Source: Candidatus Woesearchaeota archaeon (lineage in GTDB: Archaea; Nanobdellota; Nanobdellia; Woesearchaeales; GW2011-AR4). Taken from it: 33,441 nucleotides of DNA. Position 1 is the stretch's first letter, and every line of letters begins with the position of its first letter. The notes under the pieces were generated by a model. The model ran no database searches. It was not told the origin of the DNA and saw nothing but the letters and a program-made list of their open reading frames with translations. A program made the position numbers and the translations under genes. Positions 1 to 9,487 of the stretch are shown here, piece after piece. The stretch spans positions 1-33,441 of the forward strand of contig JACPMQ010000071.1 in assembly GCA_016185955.1 (NCBI GenBank). Reading direction: 5' to 3'.

Positions 1-420
1 ATACCAGAGGGAGTTGCCATATATAACATAGAAGCCCTTCCAGGAGACGGTGGCAAGTTCGTGAGAGCATCAGGAAACTCAGCTAAAATCATTACTAAAA
101 TGCAGGATACAATAGTTGTAGAGCTTCCATCTTCAAAAAGAAGAGTTTTTTTACCGGATTGCAGGGCAACAGTAGGGACTATCGCAGGCAGCGGCAGAAA
201 AGAAAAGCCTTTTCTAAAGGCGGGCAAAAGATATTATGCTATGAAAGCAAAAAATAAGCTATGGCCTCAGGTTTCAGGAACATCCATGAATGCTGTTGAT
301 CATCCATTTGGAGGAAGAAGCTCAGCATCGAAAGGCGGGCCAACCCAATCTTCAAGAAATTCGCCTCCAGGAAGAAAAGTAGGAAAAATTGCCCCTAAAA
401 GAACAGGCAGAAAAAGATAA
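1..420 (+). CDS. rpl2: 50S ribosomal protein uL2, C-terminal part (5' end cut by window edge)
   Basis: Frame 1 is open from base 1. Translation IPEGVAIYNIEALPGDGGKFVRASG...MNAVDHPFGGRSS...GRKVGKIAPKRTGRKR matches the conserved uL2 C-terminus. It occupies the first position of the S10/spc-type gene order. Confidence 0.9.
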   Translation: MPEGVAIYNIEALPGDGGKFVRASGNSAKIITKMQDTIVVELPSSKRRVFLPDCRATVGTIAGSGRKEKPFLKAGKRYYAMKAKNKLWPQVSGTSMNAVDHPFGGRSSASKGGPTQSSRNSPPGRKVGKIAPKRTGRKR

Positions 421-455
421 GGGCAATATAATCAAAAATAACCAAAAATTAAAAA

Positions 456-836
456 ATGGCAAAAAAAGAATTCAGTTATCGCGGAAAAACCATCGAGGAA
501 TTAAAACAATTAAGCATTAATGAGTTAGCACAATTAATGCCTGCAAGACAAAGAAGAAGCTTGAAAAGGGGGCTTACAGAGCAGCAAAAAATCCTGCTTA
601 ACGGATTAAAGCATGAGAATGATGTTAAAACACACTGCAGGGACATGATAATATTGCCGGAAATGGTAGGAAAAAACATAAAAGTGTACAATGGCAAGGA
701 GTTTGTTCAAATTGCAATTGTTGCGGAAATGATAAGCCATTGTTTAGGTGAATTTGCTTTGACAAGAAAGAAAGTGCAGCACTCTGCTCCAGGAATCGGA
801 GCTACAAAATCAAGCGCGGCATTGTCTGTTAAATAA
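456..836 (+). CDS. rps19: 30S ribosomal protein uS19
   Basis: RRSLKRGL...[26 protein letters not shown]...[23 protein letters not shown] is a typical uS19 signature. Gene order uL2-uS19-uL22. Confidence 0.92.
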   Translation: MAKKEFSYRGKTIEELKQLSINELAQLMPARQRRSLKRGLTEQQKILLNGLKHENDVKTHCRDMIILPEMVGKNIKVYNGKEFVQIAIVAEMISHCLGEFALTRKKVQHSAPGIGATKSSAALSVK

Positions 837-851
837 AAAATAAATAAAAAA

Positions 852-1340
852 ATGAGTTACAATTATTCAATGAAGGATTATTCAAAGGAAAACATGGCAA
901 GAGCAATAGGAATATCTCTGCCTATATCCTTTAAGCAAAGTGTGGAGATATGCAACTATATAAGGAACAAAAAATTAAGCCGTGCAAAGGATGTGCTTAA
1001 CAAAGCGATAAATCAGCAAAAGGCTATTCCATTTAGAAGATTTAATGACAATACCGGGCATAAAAAAGGAATTGGCCCGGGAAAATATCCGAAAAAGGCA
1101 TCATTGGAAATTTTAAAGCTGATTGATAGTGTGGAGGCAAATGCGCAGTTCAAGGGCATGAGCACAGCAAATTTGGTTATAAAGCACATTAATGCAAATA
1201 TAGCCTCGCGCATGCTGCATTCCGGCAGAAAACGTGGCAGAAAGTTCAAGAGGACTAATATAGAGATAGTTGTTGAAGAAAAAGCTGATGTTAAGAAAGA
1301 GTATAAGCGTCATAAGCCAAGAGCAAAACAAAATGATTGA
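852..1340 (+). CDS. rpl22: 50S ribosomal protein uL22
   Basis: AIPFRRFN..GHKKGIGPGKYPKKASLEILKLIDSVEANAQFKG is the archaeal uL22 pattern. Operon position supports it. Confidence 0.9.
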   Translation: MSYNYSMKDYSKENMARAIGISLPISFKQSVEICNYIRNKKLSRAKDVLNKAINQQKAIPFRRFNDNTGHKKGIGPGKYPKKASLEILKLIDSVEANAQFKGMSTANLVIKHINANIASRMLHSGRKRGRKFKRTNIEIVVEEKADVKKEYKRHKPRAKQND

Positions 1341-2019
1341 AAGAAAATTTGTCGCGCAGAAAATAAAGGAGTTCCAGATTGAGGAATATATAGCTAATAA
1401 TTTAAAGAATGTAGGGCATAGCCATACAAAAATGGTTAAGACCCCTTTAGGAGAAAAGATTGTAGTTTATGCATCAAGGCCCGGGCTTGTAGTCGGAAGA
1501 AAGGGGCAAAATATAAAAGAGCTTACAAAGACGCTTAAAAAGGGATTTGGATTGGAAAATCCGCAGATAGAAATAAGCGAGGTGCAGAATGCAAATTTGG
1601 ATGCCAATATAGTTGCTGAGAGGATTACCGACTCATTGGAAAGGTATGGAGCCCAGAAGTTTAAGGCAATCGGGCATAAGATGATGGAAAGCATTATGGC
1701 ATCAGGCGCATTAGGAGTTGAAATAATAATAAGCGGAAAAATACCAAGCAGCAGGGCAAAATCATGGAGATTTTACTCCGGCTATCTTAAGAAATGCGGC
1801 GATATTTCGATTATGGCTGTTGACAAGGCATATGCGCAAGCAAAATTAAAAAGCGGCGTAATAGGGGTTAAGGTAAGCATTATGCCTGCTGGAACAAAGT
1901 TGCCGGACAAAGTAGAGTTTATTGAAGAAAAGGAGGAAAAAGTAGAGGAAGTTAAGGAAAACGCTAATGAACTAAAAGATGAAGTAAAAGATGAAATAAA
2001 TAAAAATGAAAGCAAATGA
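1333..2019 (+). CDS. rps3: 30S ribosomal protein uS3 with K/E-rich C-terminal tail
   Basis: KH-domain motif LVVGRKGQNIKELTK. The ATG at 1333 (MIERKFVAQKIKE...) overlaps the uL22 stop. The longer ORF start at 1270 lies inside uL22, so I did not use it. Confidence 0.9.
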   Translation: MIERKFVAQKIKEFQIEEYIANNLKNVGHSHTKMVKTPLGEKIVVYASRPGLVVGRKGQNIKELTKTLKKGFGLENPQIEISEVQNANLDANIVAERITDSLERYGAQKFKAIGHKMMESIMASGALGVEIIISGKIPSSRAKSWRFYSGYLKKCGDISIMAVDKAYAQAKLKSGVIGVKVSIMPAGTKLPDKVEFIEEKEEKVEEVKENANELKDEVKDEINKNESK

Positions 2020-2224
2020 GATAAGGGGTATGGATGTTAATCTGATTAATGAAAAAATCAGTGAGCTGAAGAAAGAGTTAATGAAGATGAACGCGCAGGT
2101 AGCGTTAGGGGCTTCCATAAAAAATCCGGGCCAATTAAAAAAAATAAAGAAAACTTTAGCAAGAATAATAACAATACAAAGCCAAAAAGATGCAAAAAAA
2201 CAGGAGGTTGATAAAAAAGCATGA
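2006..2224 (+). CDS. rpl29: 50S ribosomal protein uL29
   Basis: 72 aa, EIRGM...LKKELMKMNAQVALG...NPGQLKKIKKTLARI. Operon position after uS3. Confidence 0.85.
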   Translation: MKANEIRGMDVNLINEKISELKKELMKMNAQVALGASIKNPGQLKKIKKTLARIITIQSQKDAKKQEVDKKA

Positions 2225-2529
2225 GTGATATATGTCCCAAGTGCGGACTTGCGAAGGAGCTTTGCGTTTGTGAGACAATTGCAAAAGAAAGCCAATTGAT
2301 AACAGTCTTCCTTGAGAAAAAAAAATTCAAAAAATATTCCACTATGATTGAGGGCATAGACCAAAAAGAAATAGACATAAAGGATCTTGCGAAGAAGCTT
2401 AAAGCGCAATTTGCGTGCGGCGGCACAGTAAAAGAAGGAATAATAGAGTTGCAAGGCGACCATAAGCACAAGGTTAAAGCTGTTTTGGTAAAAATGGGAT
2501 TTCCAGGGGATACAATACAGGTAAGATAA
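2221..2529 (+). CDS. sui1: Translation initiation factor aSUI1/aIF1
   Basis: CPKCGL..CVC zinc-ribbon-like N-terminus followed by the SUI1 fold motif KKLKAQFACGGTVKEG.IELQGDH. This is its usual slot between uL29 and uS17 in archaea. Confidence 0.85.
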   Translation: MSDICPKCGLAKELCVCETIAKESQLITVFLEKKKFKKYSTMIEGIDQKEIDIKDLAKKLKAQFACGGTVKEGIIELQGDHKHKVKAVLVKMGFPGDTIQVR

Positions 2530-2539
2530 GAAAGGTAAG

Positions 2540-2968
2540 ATGGAAACAAAAAATATCGGAATAAACACTGCAGTTCCGCAAAATAAGTGCGAAGATAGGA
2601 ACTGCCCGTTTCACGGCACTTTAAAGTGCAGGGGAAGAATCTTTACAGCTACTGTGCTTTCCACAAAAATGCAGAAAACCGCAACAGTAGGATGGGAGCG
2701 CAGGCATTTCCTAAAAAAATATGAAAGATATGAAAAAAGAAAAAGCACAGTTAAAGCGCATAATCCATTATGCATTAATGCCAATGAAGGCGACATTGTC
2801 AGCATTTCAGAATGCAGACCATTGAGCAAAACCAAAACTTTTGTTATAATAGGAGTATTGGGCAAGGAAAAGGGCTTCAAGGAAAAAATGGAAGCTGAAG
2901 CAGCGGCAAAATTCAAAAGAGCTGAAAAAGAAGAAAAAAAGGATGACGCAGAGCAGCAAATCGAGTGA
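2540..2968 (+). CDS. rps17: 30S ribosomal protein uS17 with K/E-rich C-terminal tail
   Basis: CEDRNCPFHGTLKCRGRIF...TVKAHNP.CI.A.EGDIV.I.ECRPLSKTK is the archaeal uS17 pattern. Confidence 0.9.
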   Translation: METKNIGINTAVPQNKCEDRNCPFHGTLKCRGRIFTATVLSTKMQKTATVGWERRHFLKKYERYEKRKSTVKAHNPLCINANEGDIVSISECRPLSKTKTFVIIGVLGKEKGFKEKMEAEAAAKFKRAEKEEKKDDAEQQIE

Positions 2969-2973
2969 CTAAA

Positions 2974-3375
2974 ATGCAGGCAACAAAATCAAAAATAACA
3001 AAAGCGCTTCCTGTCGGAAGTGAAATAGAAACTTGCGATAATTCAGGGGCAAAGGTAATAAAGATATTTACTGTTGTGGGGAGCAAAACCAGAAAGGGCA
3101 GGATTTCCGCAGCAGGTGTTTCTGACCTTGTCATGGCATCTGTAAGAAGAGGAAGGCCAGACATGAGAAAGCAGGTTGTCCATGCAGTGATAGTAAGGCA
3201 AAAGAAGGAATACAGAAGGGCTGATGGCACAAGAATAAAATTTGAGGATAATTCAGCAGTTGTGCTGAAAGACGATAAAGGCACTCCTAAAGGAACAATA
3301 TTCAAGGGGGCTATAGCAAAAGAAGTATGTGAGAAATGGCCCGGAATTGCAAAAATAGCAAGCATAGTTGTATAA
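2974..3375 (+). CDS. rpl14: 50S ribosomal protein uL14
   Basis: MQATKSKITKALPVGSEIETCDNSGAK...; ATG at 2974. A GTG at 2965 overlapping the uS17 stop is an alternative start. Confidence 0.92.
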   Translation: MQATKSKITKALPVGSEIETCDNSGAKVIKIFTVVGSKTRKGRISAAGVSDLVMASVRRGRPDMRKQVVHAVIVRQKKEYRRADGTRIKFEDNSAVVLKDDKGTPKGTIFKGAIAKEVCEKWPGIAKIASIVV

Positions 3376-3386
3376 AACTTATAAAA

Positions 3387-3767
3387 ATGAAAACAAAATT
3401 TTCAATTTCATGGAAAAAAAGCAAGCAGCCAAGAAAGCAAAGAAAGTATAGGTATAATGCTCCGCTGCATATAAGGCAGAAGTTTGTAAGGGCGCATCTT
3501 TCAAAGGATCTGCGTAAAAAATACAAAAAGAGGAGCATAGCAGTCAGAAAAGGCGACACAGTTAAGATAATGAGAGGCCAATTTAAGAATAAAACAGGCA
3601 AAGTTGAGCTTGTCAGCTTAAAAAAAACTTTTGTTTTTGTGAGCGGCATTAACTTAACAAAAAAAGACGGCACAAAAGTAAAATGCCAATTGCATCCGTC
3701 AAATCTTATGATTACCGAGATTATTACGGATGATAAAATGAGGGCTGCAATTTTGGAGAGGAAGTAA
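3387..3767 (+). CDS. rpl24: 50S ribosomal protein uL24 (KOW domain)
   Basis: KQPRKQRKYRYNAPLHIRQKF...VRKGDTVKIMRGQFKNKTGKV. ATG at 3387; the longer ORF start overlaps uL14. Confidence 0.88.
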   Translation: MKTKFSISWKKSKQPRKQRKYRYNAPLHIRQKFVRAHLSKDLRKKYKKRSIAVRKGDTVKIMRGQFKNKTGKVELVSLKKTFVFVSGINLTKKDGTKVKCQLHPSNLMITEIITDDKMRAAILERK

Positions 3768-3768
3768 T

Positions 3769-4452
3769 ATGCACATTAAAAGGCATTTCGCGCCAAGAAG
3801 CTGGAAGATAGAAAGAAAAGGCACTAAATATGTTGCAAAGCCTAGCCCAGGCACCCATGAGTTAAGCATGTCGATGCCATTAATAATAATAATCAGAGAC
3901 ATATTAGGGTATGCAAATACAAAAAAAGAAGTCAAGTATATACTTGAAAAGCGAAATGTTACTATTGATGGAATAAAAAGAAACGACTCCAGATTTCCAG
4001 TTGGCTTGTTTGATGTCCTGTCTTTTAATGACACTAACGAGCATTTCAGGATTATTTTAGACGAGAAGGGCAAGGTTTCATTAATCAAGATTGGAGAGGA
4101 AGAAAGCAGCATTAAATTATGCAAAATAACTGGGAAAAAAATTGTAAAAGGCAAGACTCAGTTAAACCTAAATGATGGAAGGAACATTTTTGCAGATGGC
4201 AACTTTAAAACAAGTGATTCTGTTTTATTAAAGCTTGGGCAAAAAGCCACGATAAAGGAAAGCATTGGCATTGACAAGGGTGCTGTTATTTACCTTACTG
4301 GAGGAAAACATATAGGCGAAATAGGAATAATACAGGGAATAAATGAAAACAGAATATTATACAAAACGCAAAATAATGAAATTGCCGAGACATTAAAAAA
4401 ATATGCATTTGCAGTAGGCAAAACAAAACCGCTAATTACAATTGCTGAGTGA
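3769..4452 (+). CDS. rps4e: 30S ribosomal protein eS4
   Basis: MHIKRHFAPRSWKIERKGTKYVAKPSPGTHE is the canonical eS4 N-terminus. This protein is archaeal/eukaryotic only. Confidence 0.92.
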   Translation: MHIKRHFAPRSWKIERKGTKYVAKPSPGTHELSMSMPLIIIIRDILGYANTKKEVKYILEKRNVTIDGIKRNDSRFPVGLFDVLSFNDTNEHFRIILDEKGKVSLIKIGEEESSIKLCKITGKKIVKGKTQLNLNDGRNIFADGNFKTSDSVLLKLGQKATIKESIGIDKGAVIYLTGGKHIGEIGIIQGINENRILYKTQNNEIAETLKKYAFAVGKTKPLITIAE

Positions 4453-4453
4453 C

Positions 4454-4963
4454 ATGAACCCGATGAGACAAATAAGCATAGAAAAAGTTACCTTAAATAT
4501 AGGCGCTGGGAAAGATCAGGCTAGATTAGAGAAGGGAATAAAGCTCATACAGACAATAACAGGTTTAACTCCGATTAAAACATTCACTAACAAGAGAATT
4601 CAGGAATGGGGATTAAGGCCCGGGCTGCCAATAGGATGCAAGCTAACAGTAAGGGGGAAAAAAGCATTGGAGCTGGTTAAAAGGCTGCTGGAAGCTAGGG
4701 ACAATACGCTGGAAGCTGTCAATTGGGATAATGAGGGAAATTTATCCTTTGGCATAAAGGAGTACATAGACATACCTGGAGTTAAGTATAATCCTGACAT
4801 AGGCATTATGGGACTGCAAGTTTGCGCGACACTAAAAAGAAACGGATTCAGGATAAAGCACAGAAGCATAAAAAGGCGCTTAATACCAAAAAAACACAGA
4901 ATAAAAAAGGAAGAATCTATAGAATTTATGGAAAAGGAATTTAATGTGAGGGTAAACAATTAA
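4454..4963 (+). CDS. rpl5: 50S ribosomal protein uL5
   Basis: [28 protein letters not shown]...; ATG at 4454 immediately after the eS4 stop. Confidence 0.9.
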   Translation: MNPMRQISIEKVTLNIGAGKDQARLEKGIKLIQTITGLTPIKTFTNKRIQEWGLRPGLPIGCKLTVRGKKALELVKRLLEARDNTLEAVNWDNEGNLSFGIKEYIDIPGVKYNPDIGIMGLQVCATLKRNGFRIKHRSIKRRLIPKKHRIKKEESIEFMEKEFNVRVNN

Positions 4964-4974
4964 ACGCAACCAAA

Positions 4975-5205
4975 ATGACATACAGCAATTATAGGAAAGC
5001 CTTGAAACAACTTAAAGTCAAGCCGGTAAAGCTAAAAAAATTTCTTAAGCATAATTCACCTAAAAAAAGAAGCTGCGGCATTGCGCTTAAGCCATGCGGC
5101 AGATGCGGAAGAATAAGAGCTCATATAAGCAGCTATGGGCTGCACCTATGCAGACAATGCTTTAGGGAAATAGCAACAAGCTTGGGGTTTAAAAAATATA
5201 ATTAA
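4975..5205 (+). CDS. rps14: 30S ribosomal protein uS14 (zinc-ribbon type)
   Basis: CGRCGR...LCRQCFRE forms a CxxC...CxxC motif. Operon position between uL5 and uS8. Confidence 0.85.
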   Translation: MTYSNYRKALKQLKVKPVKLKKFLKHNSPKKRSCGIALKPCGRCGRIRAHISSYGLHLCRQCFREIATSLGFKKYN

Positions 5206-5234
5206 ATATAAAATTGAATACAATTGAGGTTAAA

Positions 5235-5627
5235 ATGACATTAAATGATCCATTGGCAAACACGCTCTCCATTATTTTAACAGACGAGAAAATGGGAAAG
5301 AAAGAAAGCAATATAGCACCTTCTTCAAAGATTATTAAGAAGGTTCTTGAAGTGATGAAAGCTGCTAATTACATAACTAATTTTCAGGAGATAAATGATG
5401 GAAGAAGAAACTCGCTTAAAATAAGCCTTTCTGGCAACATAAACAAGTGCGGAGTTATAAAACCAAGGTATAATGTCAAAAAAGACGGATTTGAAAAGTT
5501 TGAAAAGAGATATTTGCTGGCAAGGGGCATGGGAATACTGGTAGTATCAACACCTTTAGGGATATTTACCCATACAGAAGCAAAAAAGAAAAATATTGGC
5601 GGCAGGCTTTTAGCCTACTGTTATTAA
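5235..5627 (+). CDS. rps8: 30S ribosomal protein uS8
   Basis: MTLNDPLANTLSIILTDEK...GGRLLAYCY. ATG at 5235; the ORF-track start at 5214 is a TTG. Confidence 0.88.
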   Translation: MTLNDPLANTLSIILTDEKMGKKESNIAPSSKIIKKVLEVMKAANYITNFQEINDGRRNSLKISLSGNINKCGVIKPRYNVKKDGFEKFEKRYLLARGMGILVVSTPLGIFTHTEAKKKNIGGRLLAYCY

Positions 5628-5647
5628 AATTATTAAAAATATTAAAA

Positions 5648-6208
5648 ATGGAAAACAGCGAAAGCAAAAACAAAGAGCTGGAAATTGAAATTAAATTAAA
5701 AGATAATGTAGATGCTTATTTAGACAAAAGAGTATTAGCTATAAAAGGCCCTAAAGGGGAATTAAAGAGAGACATTTCGGACAAAAACATTTTTATGAAA
5801 ATTGATGGCAAGCTAATTACAATGAAGGCAAAATTCAACAAAAAAAACAAGAAGGTTATAAAATCATATGCGGCTCATATAAAAAATATGATTAAAGGCT
5901 CATTAGAAGAGCACGAGTATCTTTTAAAAATATGTTCGGGGCATTTTCCAATGAATGTTTCTGTGAGCAAAGACTCTCTTATTGTAAAAAATTTTCTTGG
6001 GGAAAAGGTTCCAAGAGTGCTTAAATTAAAGCCCGGAGCAGCAGTTAAAGTTGAGAATGATAAACTTATAGTAAGAAGCCCGAGCAAAGAGATTGCTGGA
6101 CAGGTAAGCGCAGACATAGAGCAGCTTACAAGAAGAACTAGATATGATTTAAGGGTTTTTCAGGACGGCATATGGATAATATCAAAGGACGGGGAAGAAT
6201 TAAAATAA
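5648..6208 (+). CDS. rpl6: 50S ribosomal protein uL6
   Basis: Two-domain uL6-like sequence (LAIKGPKGELKRD...; VKNFLGEKVPR...) in the expected operon position. Confidence 0.88.
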   Translation: MENSESKNKELEIEIKLKDNVDAYLDKRVLAIKGPKGELKRDISDKNIFMKIDGKLITMKAKFNKKNKKVIKSYAAHIKNMIKGSLEEHEYLLKICSGHFPMNVSVSKDSLIVKNFLGEKVPRVLKLKPGAAVKVENDKLIVRSPSKEIAGQVSADIEQLTRRTRYDLRVFQDGIWIISKDGEELK

Positions 6209-6226
6209 CCTTAAGAACCAACTAAA

Positions 6227-6841
6227 ATGAAGTCAATCAATGAGCTTTTGGAAATAAGAACGGAGATAAAACGCAAAAAGCCGGAATTTGTCAGGCAGGA
6301 TATCCGCAAGAAAAAAAGATTAGAGAGAAAATGGAGAAAGCCAAAGGGCATGGACTCAAAAATCAGATTAAGGCTTAAGGGCAGGCCAAAAGCAGTTTCA
6401 ACAGGCTATGGAAGCCCAAAAAATGCCAAGCATTTGCACAAAAGCGGATTAATGCAGCATGTCTTGAAATCAGAAAAAGAGCTAGAGCGTTTAAATCCTA
6501 AAGAATACTGCATTGCGCTTTCATCTACATTAGGAAACAGAAAAAGAGTTGTCATTTTAAAAAAGGCAAGAGAGCTAGGATTTAATGTTGTAAATGTTAA
6601 TGCTGATGAATACATAAAGAAAGTAGAGGCAGAATTAGAAGCAAGAAAACAAGCCAAGAAAAAAGAAGTGACAGAAAAGACAGAAAAAAAAGAAGTTAAG
6701 AGTGAAGAGGATAAAAGCGAGGATAAAAACAAAAAGAAAGAAGAGAAAGAAGAAAAATTATCAGATAAGCTCCTAGAAGAAGACAAAAAGGAGCTGGAAA
6801 AGAAAGAGAAAGATAAGCTGTTGATTAAGAAGGTTAAGTAA
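6227..6841 (+). CDS. rpl32e: 50S ribosomal protein eL32 with a roughly 80-aa K/E-rich C-terminal extension
   Basis: KPEFVRQDIRKKKRLERKWRKPKGMDSKIRLRLKGRPKAVSTGYGSPK is the eL32 core. The tail is KKEVTEKTEKKEVKSEEDKSEDKNKKKEEKEEK... Confidence 0.88.
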   Translation: MKSINELLEIRTEIKRKKPEFVRQDIRKKKRLERKWRKPKGMDSKIRLRLKGRPKAVSTGYGSPKNAKHLHKSGLMQHVLKSEKELERLNPKEYCIALSSTLGNRKRVVILKKARELGFNVVNVNADEYIKKVEAELEARKQAKKKEVTEKTEKKEVKSEEDKSEDKNKKKEEKEEKLSDKLLEEDKKELEKKEKDKLLIKKVK

Positions 6842-6842
6842 A

Positions 6843-7286
6843 ATGCAACTAAATATGCAAAAAAGGCTTGCAGCCGATGTGTTAAAATCATCAAAGAGCA
6901 ATGTTATATTAGACACAAACAGGTTGGAAGAGATAAAAGAGGCAATAACAAAAGAAGATATACGCGCCTTGATAAATGATAATGCTATATGGAGTAAAAA
7001 TACAAGAGGAATTTCAAGGTACAGGACAAGAAAAAGAAAACTGCAAAAACTTAAAGGCAGAAGAAGCGGTGCTGGCTCTATAAAAGGAGGCAGACATGCA
7101 AGATTGCCGCAAAAGAAGGGATGGGCGCAACACATAAGAGTGCAAAGGGAATTTTTGCAGAATTTAAGAGATAAAGGCGCTATTGACAAGTCCTTGTACA
7201 GAGCATTATACTTAAAAAGCAAGGGCGGTTTTTTCAGGAGCAAAAGGCACATCAAAATATATTTGCAGGAGCATGGCAAAAAATGA
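6843..7286 (+). CDS. rpl19e: 50S ribosomal protein eL19
   Basis: MQLNMQKRLAADVLKSSKSNVILD...ITKEDIRALI matches the eL19 N-terminus. Confidence 0.9.
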   Translation: MQLNMQKRLAADVLKSSKSNVILDTNRLEEIKEAITKEDIRALINDNAIWSKNTRGISRYRTRKRKLQKLKGRRSGAGSIKGGRHARLPQKKGWAQHIRVQREFLQNLRDKGAIDKSLYRALYLKSKGGFFRSKRHIKIYLQEHGKK

Positions 7287-7840
7287 AGAAGAATATCAGA
7301 AATATCTACACTGTCCAGTTTAGAAGGAAGAGGGAAGGGATTACTAATTACAGGAATCGTTTAAGAATATTGACAGCTAGAAAACCGAGGCTTGTTGTAA
7401 GAAAATCCTTGAACAACATATACGCTGCTATAGTAGAGTACCACAAGAATGGCGATATCATTAAAATAGCTTGCCACTCCTCACAGCTTAAAAAATTTGG
7501 CTGGGATTGCAGCACAGGAAATATACCAACTGCTTATCTTATAGGCTTTATGATTGGAAAAAAAGCCATAAACGCAAACTTTAATGACGCAGTTTTGGAT
7601 ATAGGAATGAATAAATCTGTAAAAGGAACAAGGATATATGCTGTTCTGGCAGGCGCTTTAGATGCAGGATTAAAAATACCCCATGATAAGGAAATTCTGC
7701 CGACAAAGGACAGAATTATGGGAAAACATATAACTGATTACAACAAATTACTGAAAAAAGAGGGTTTGAAGGATATAATTAAAACCTTTGAGCAAGTAAA
7801 AAAGGATATAGACCAAAATATTCAAAAGAAGGTAAAATAA
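7283..7840 (+). CDS. rpl18: 50S ribosomal protein uL18
   Basis: RRKREGITNYRNRLRILTARKPRLVVRKSLNNIYAAIVEY is the uL18 pattern. Confidence 0.88.
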   Translation: MKKNIRNIYTVQFRRKREGITNYRNRLRILTARKPRLVVRKSLNNIYAAIVEYHKNGDIIKIACHSSQLKKFGWDCSTGNIPTAYLIGFMIGKKAINANFNDAVLDIGMNKSVKGTRIYAVLAGALDAGLKIPHDKEILPTKDRIMGKHITDYNKLLKKEGLKDIIKTFEQVKKDIDQNIQKKVK

Positions 7841-7858
7841 AAAACAGATAAAATAAAA

Positions 7859-8653
7859 ATGGAAAATAAGGAAGAACACCAAGCTGAAGAAGAGCTGGTA
7901 GTGCTAAAGAAAGAAGAGCTTGAAGAGGAAAAAATAGAAGCAGCAATACCTCGCGGACAGTTTAATAAGGAGAGCTGGAAACCTAAAACATCGTTAGGCT
8001 TAAAAGTCAAGTCTGGAGAGATTAACAGCATTGAGTATATACTTGATAATAGGCTAAAGATTTTAGAGCATGAAATTGTAGACGCATTAATACCAAATCT
8101 AATTGTTGACCTTTTGCTTGTTGGGCAATCAAAGGGAAAATTTGGAGGAGGTCAAAGAAGAGTTTTTAGGCAGACACAAAAAAAGACTGAAGAAGGCAAT
8201 AAGCCAAGGTTTGGAACATTTGCGGTAATAGGAAATGGAAATGGTTATGTAGGCATAGGATATGGAAAAAGCAAAGAAACAGTGCCTGCTAGGGAAAAGG
8301 CAATAAGAAATGCAAAGAAAAACATCATTAAGATTTTGAGAGGATGTGGAAGCTGGAAATGCAGCTGCAAGACAGCGCATAGTGTCCCATTCACTGTTGA
8401 GGGTAAATGCGGTTCTGTAGTGTTAAAACTTATGCCGGCTCCAAGAGGCACAGGACTCTGCATTGAAAATGAATGCGCAAAGCTGCTTAGGATTGCAGGC
8501 ATAAAAGATGTGTGGTCACAGGCATCAGGACAAACAAGGACAAAAACGAACTTGGTTTATGCATGTTTTGATGCATTAAGAAAGCTTATTGAAGTTAAAT
8601 TGCAGGAAGAAACTATTCGAAATTTGGGAGTTATAGAAGGGCGTATTGGCTAA
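7859..8653 (+). CDS. rps5: 30S ribosomal protein uS5 with acidic N-terminal extension
   Basis: RFGTFAVIGNGNGYVGIGYGKSKETVPAREKAIRNAKKNII is the uS5 core. The N-terminus is E/K-rich (MENKEEHQAEEELVVLKKEELEEEK). Confidence 0.9.
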   Translation: MENKEEHQAEEELVVLKKEELEEEKIEAAIPRGQFNKESWKPKTSLGLKVKSGEINSIEYILDNRLKILEHEIVDALIPNLIVDLLLVGQSKGKFGGGQRRVFRQTQKKTEEGNKPRFGTFAVIGNGNGYVGIGYGKSKETVPAREKAIRNAKKNIIKILRGCGSWKCSCKTAHSVPFTVEGKCGSVVLKLMPAPRGTGLCIENECAKLLRIAGIKDVWSQASGQTRTKTNLVYACFDALRKLIEVKLQEETIRNLGVIEGRIG

Positions 8654-8654
8654 A

Positions 8655-9041
8655 ATGAGCAGTGAAAAAATTGCAGTTATTAGGATAAGGGGGCTTACTG
8701 GAGTGAGGCATGATATTGACGCCACGCTTAAAAAGTTAAGGCTCTATAAAAAAAATTACTGTGTTGTTTTGCCTAAGACTAAAGATTACCTGGGCATGGT
8801 AAACAAGATTAAGGATTATGCCACTTGGGGCGAAATTGATGAAGATACTTACAATTTGTTGTTGGAAAAAAGAAAGGAAAAATCTGCAAAACCAAATGGA
8901 GAACAGATAAAGAAATTTTTCAGATTAAATAGCCCCAAAAAGGGATATGGCAGGAAAGGAATAAAAGTTGCGTTCGGCAACGGCGGCGCTTTAGGCTACA
9001 GGGAAAATAAGATTAACGAGCTTATAGCGAGGATGGTATAA
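8655..9041 (+). CDS. rpl30: 50S ribosomal protein uL30
   Basis: IAVIRIRGLTGVRHDIDATLKKLRLYKKNYCVV. ATG at 8655 just after the uS5 stop; the ORF-track start at 8646 is a TTG. Confidence 0.88.
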   Translation: MSSEKIAVIRIRGLTGVRHDIDATLKKLRLYKKNYCVVLPKTKDYLGMVNKIKDYATWGEIDEDTYNLLLEKRKEKSAKPNGEQIKKFFRLNSPKKGYGRKGIKVAFGNGGALGYRENKINELIARMV

Positions 9042-9481
9042 TGACAATAAACAAAAGAAAGAAAAATGTAAGGATGAGAGGAAGCAAAACACATGGCTGG
9101 GGTGCCAAGAAAAAACATAGAGGCAGCGGCAATAGGGGAGGAAAAGGCAGGGCAGGCTCAGGCAAAAGGGCTGACAGCAAAAAGCCTACTGTATCAAAGC
9201 AAATAGATTATTTCGGAAAGCATGGATTTATAAGCAAGGCCAGAAATGAAATTAAGGCGGTAAATATTAGCTATTTAGAGGATAATATGCAGGCTCTTAT
9301 CTCACAAAACCTAATTAAAAAAGAAAATGGCTATCTTGAAGTTGATTTACAAACGTTAGGATTTGATAAGCTGTTAAGCAAAGGGAGAGCCACAAATAAA
9401 TATAAAATAAAAGTTGCCCATGCATCAGAAAAGGCAATTGAAAAAATAAAAAAAAAGGAAGGAGAAGTTCTTTTGGGTTAA
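9041..9481 (+). CDS. rpl15: 50S ribosomal protein uL15
   Basis: RMRGSKTHGWGAKKKHRGSGNRGGKGRAGSGKR is the glycine/basic uL15 N-terminus. Confidence 0.88.
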   Translation: MTINKRKKNVRMRGSKTHGWGAKKKHRGSGNRGGKGRAGSGKRADSKKPTVSKQIDYFGKHGFISKARNEIKAVNISYLEDNMQALISQNLIKKENGYLEVDLQTLGFDKLLSKGRATNKYKIKVAHASEKAIEKIKKKEGEVLLG

Positions 9482-9487
9482 TGCAAA

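Noticed and set aside
1972-2568. 198-aa minus-strand ORF (and 2058-2549) antisense to uL29/aSUI1
   Set aside because: These are low-complexity F/L/S-rich translations typical of the antisense strand of AT-rich, K/E-rich coding sequence. They overlap well-supported ribosomal genes.
6406-7279. Minus-strand ORFs 6406-6894 and 6773-7279 antisense to eL32/eL19
   Set aside because: Their S/F/L-rich translations mirror the K/E-rich sense strand. They are not credible genes.
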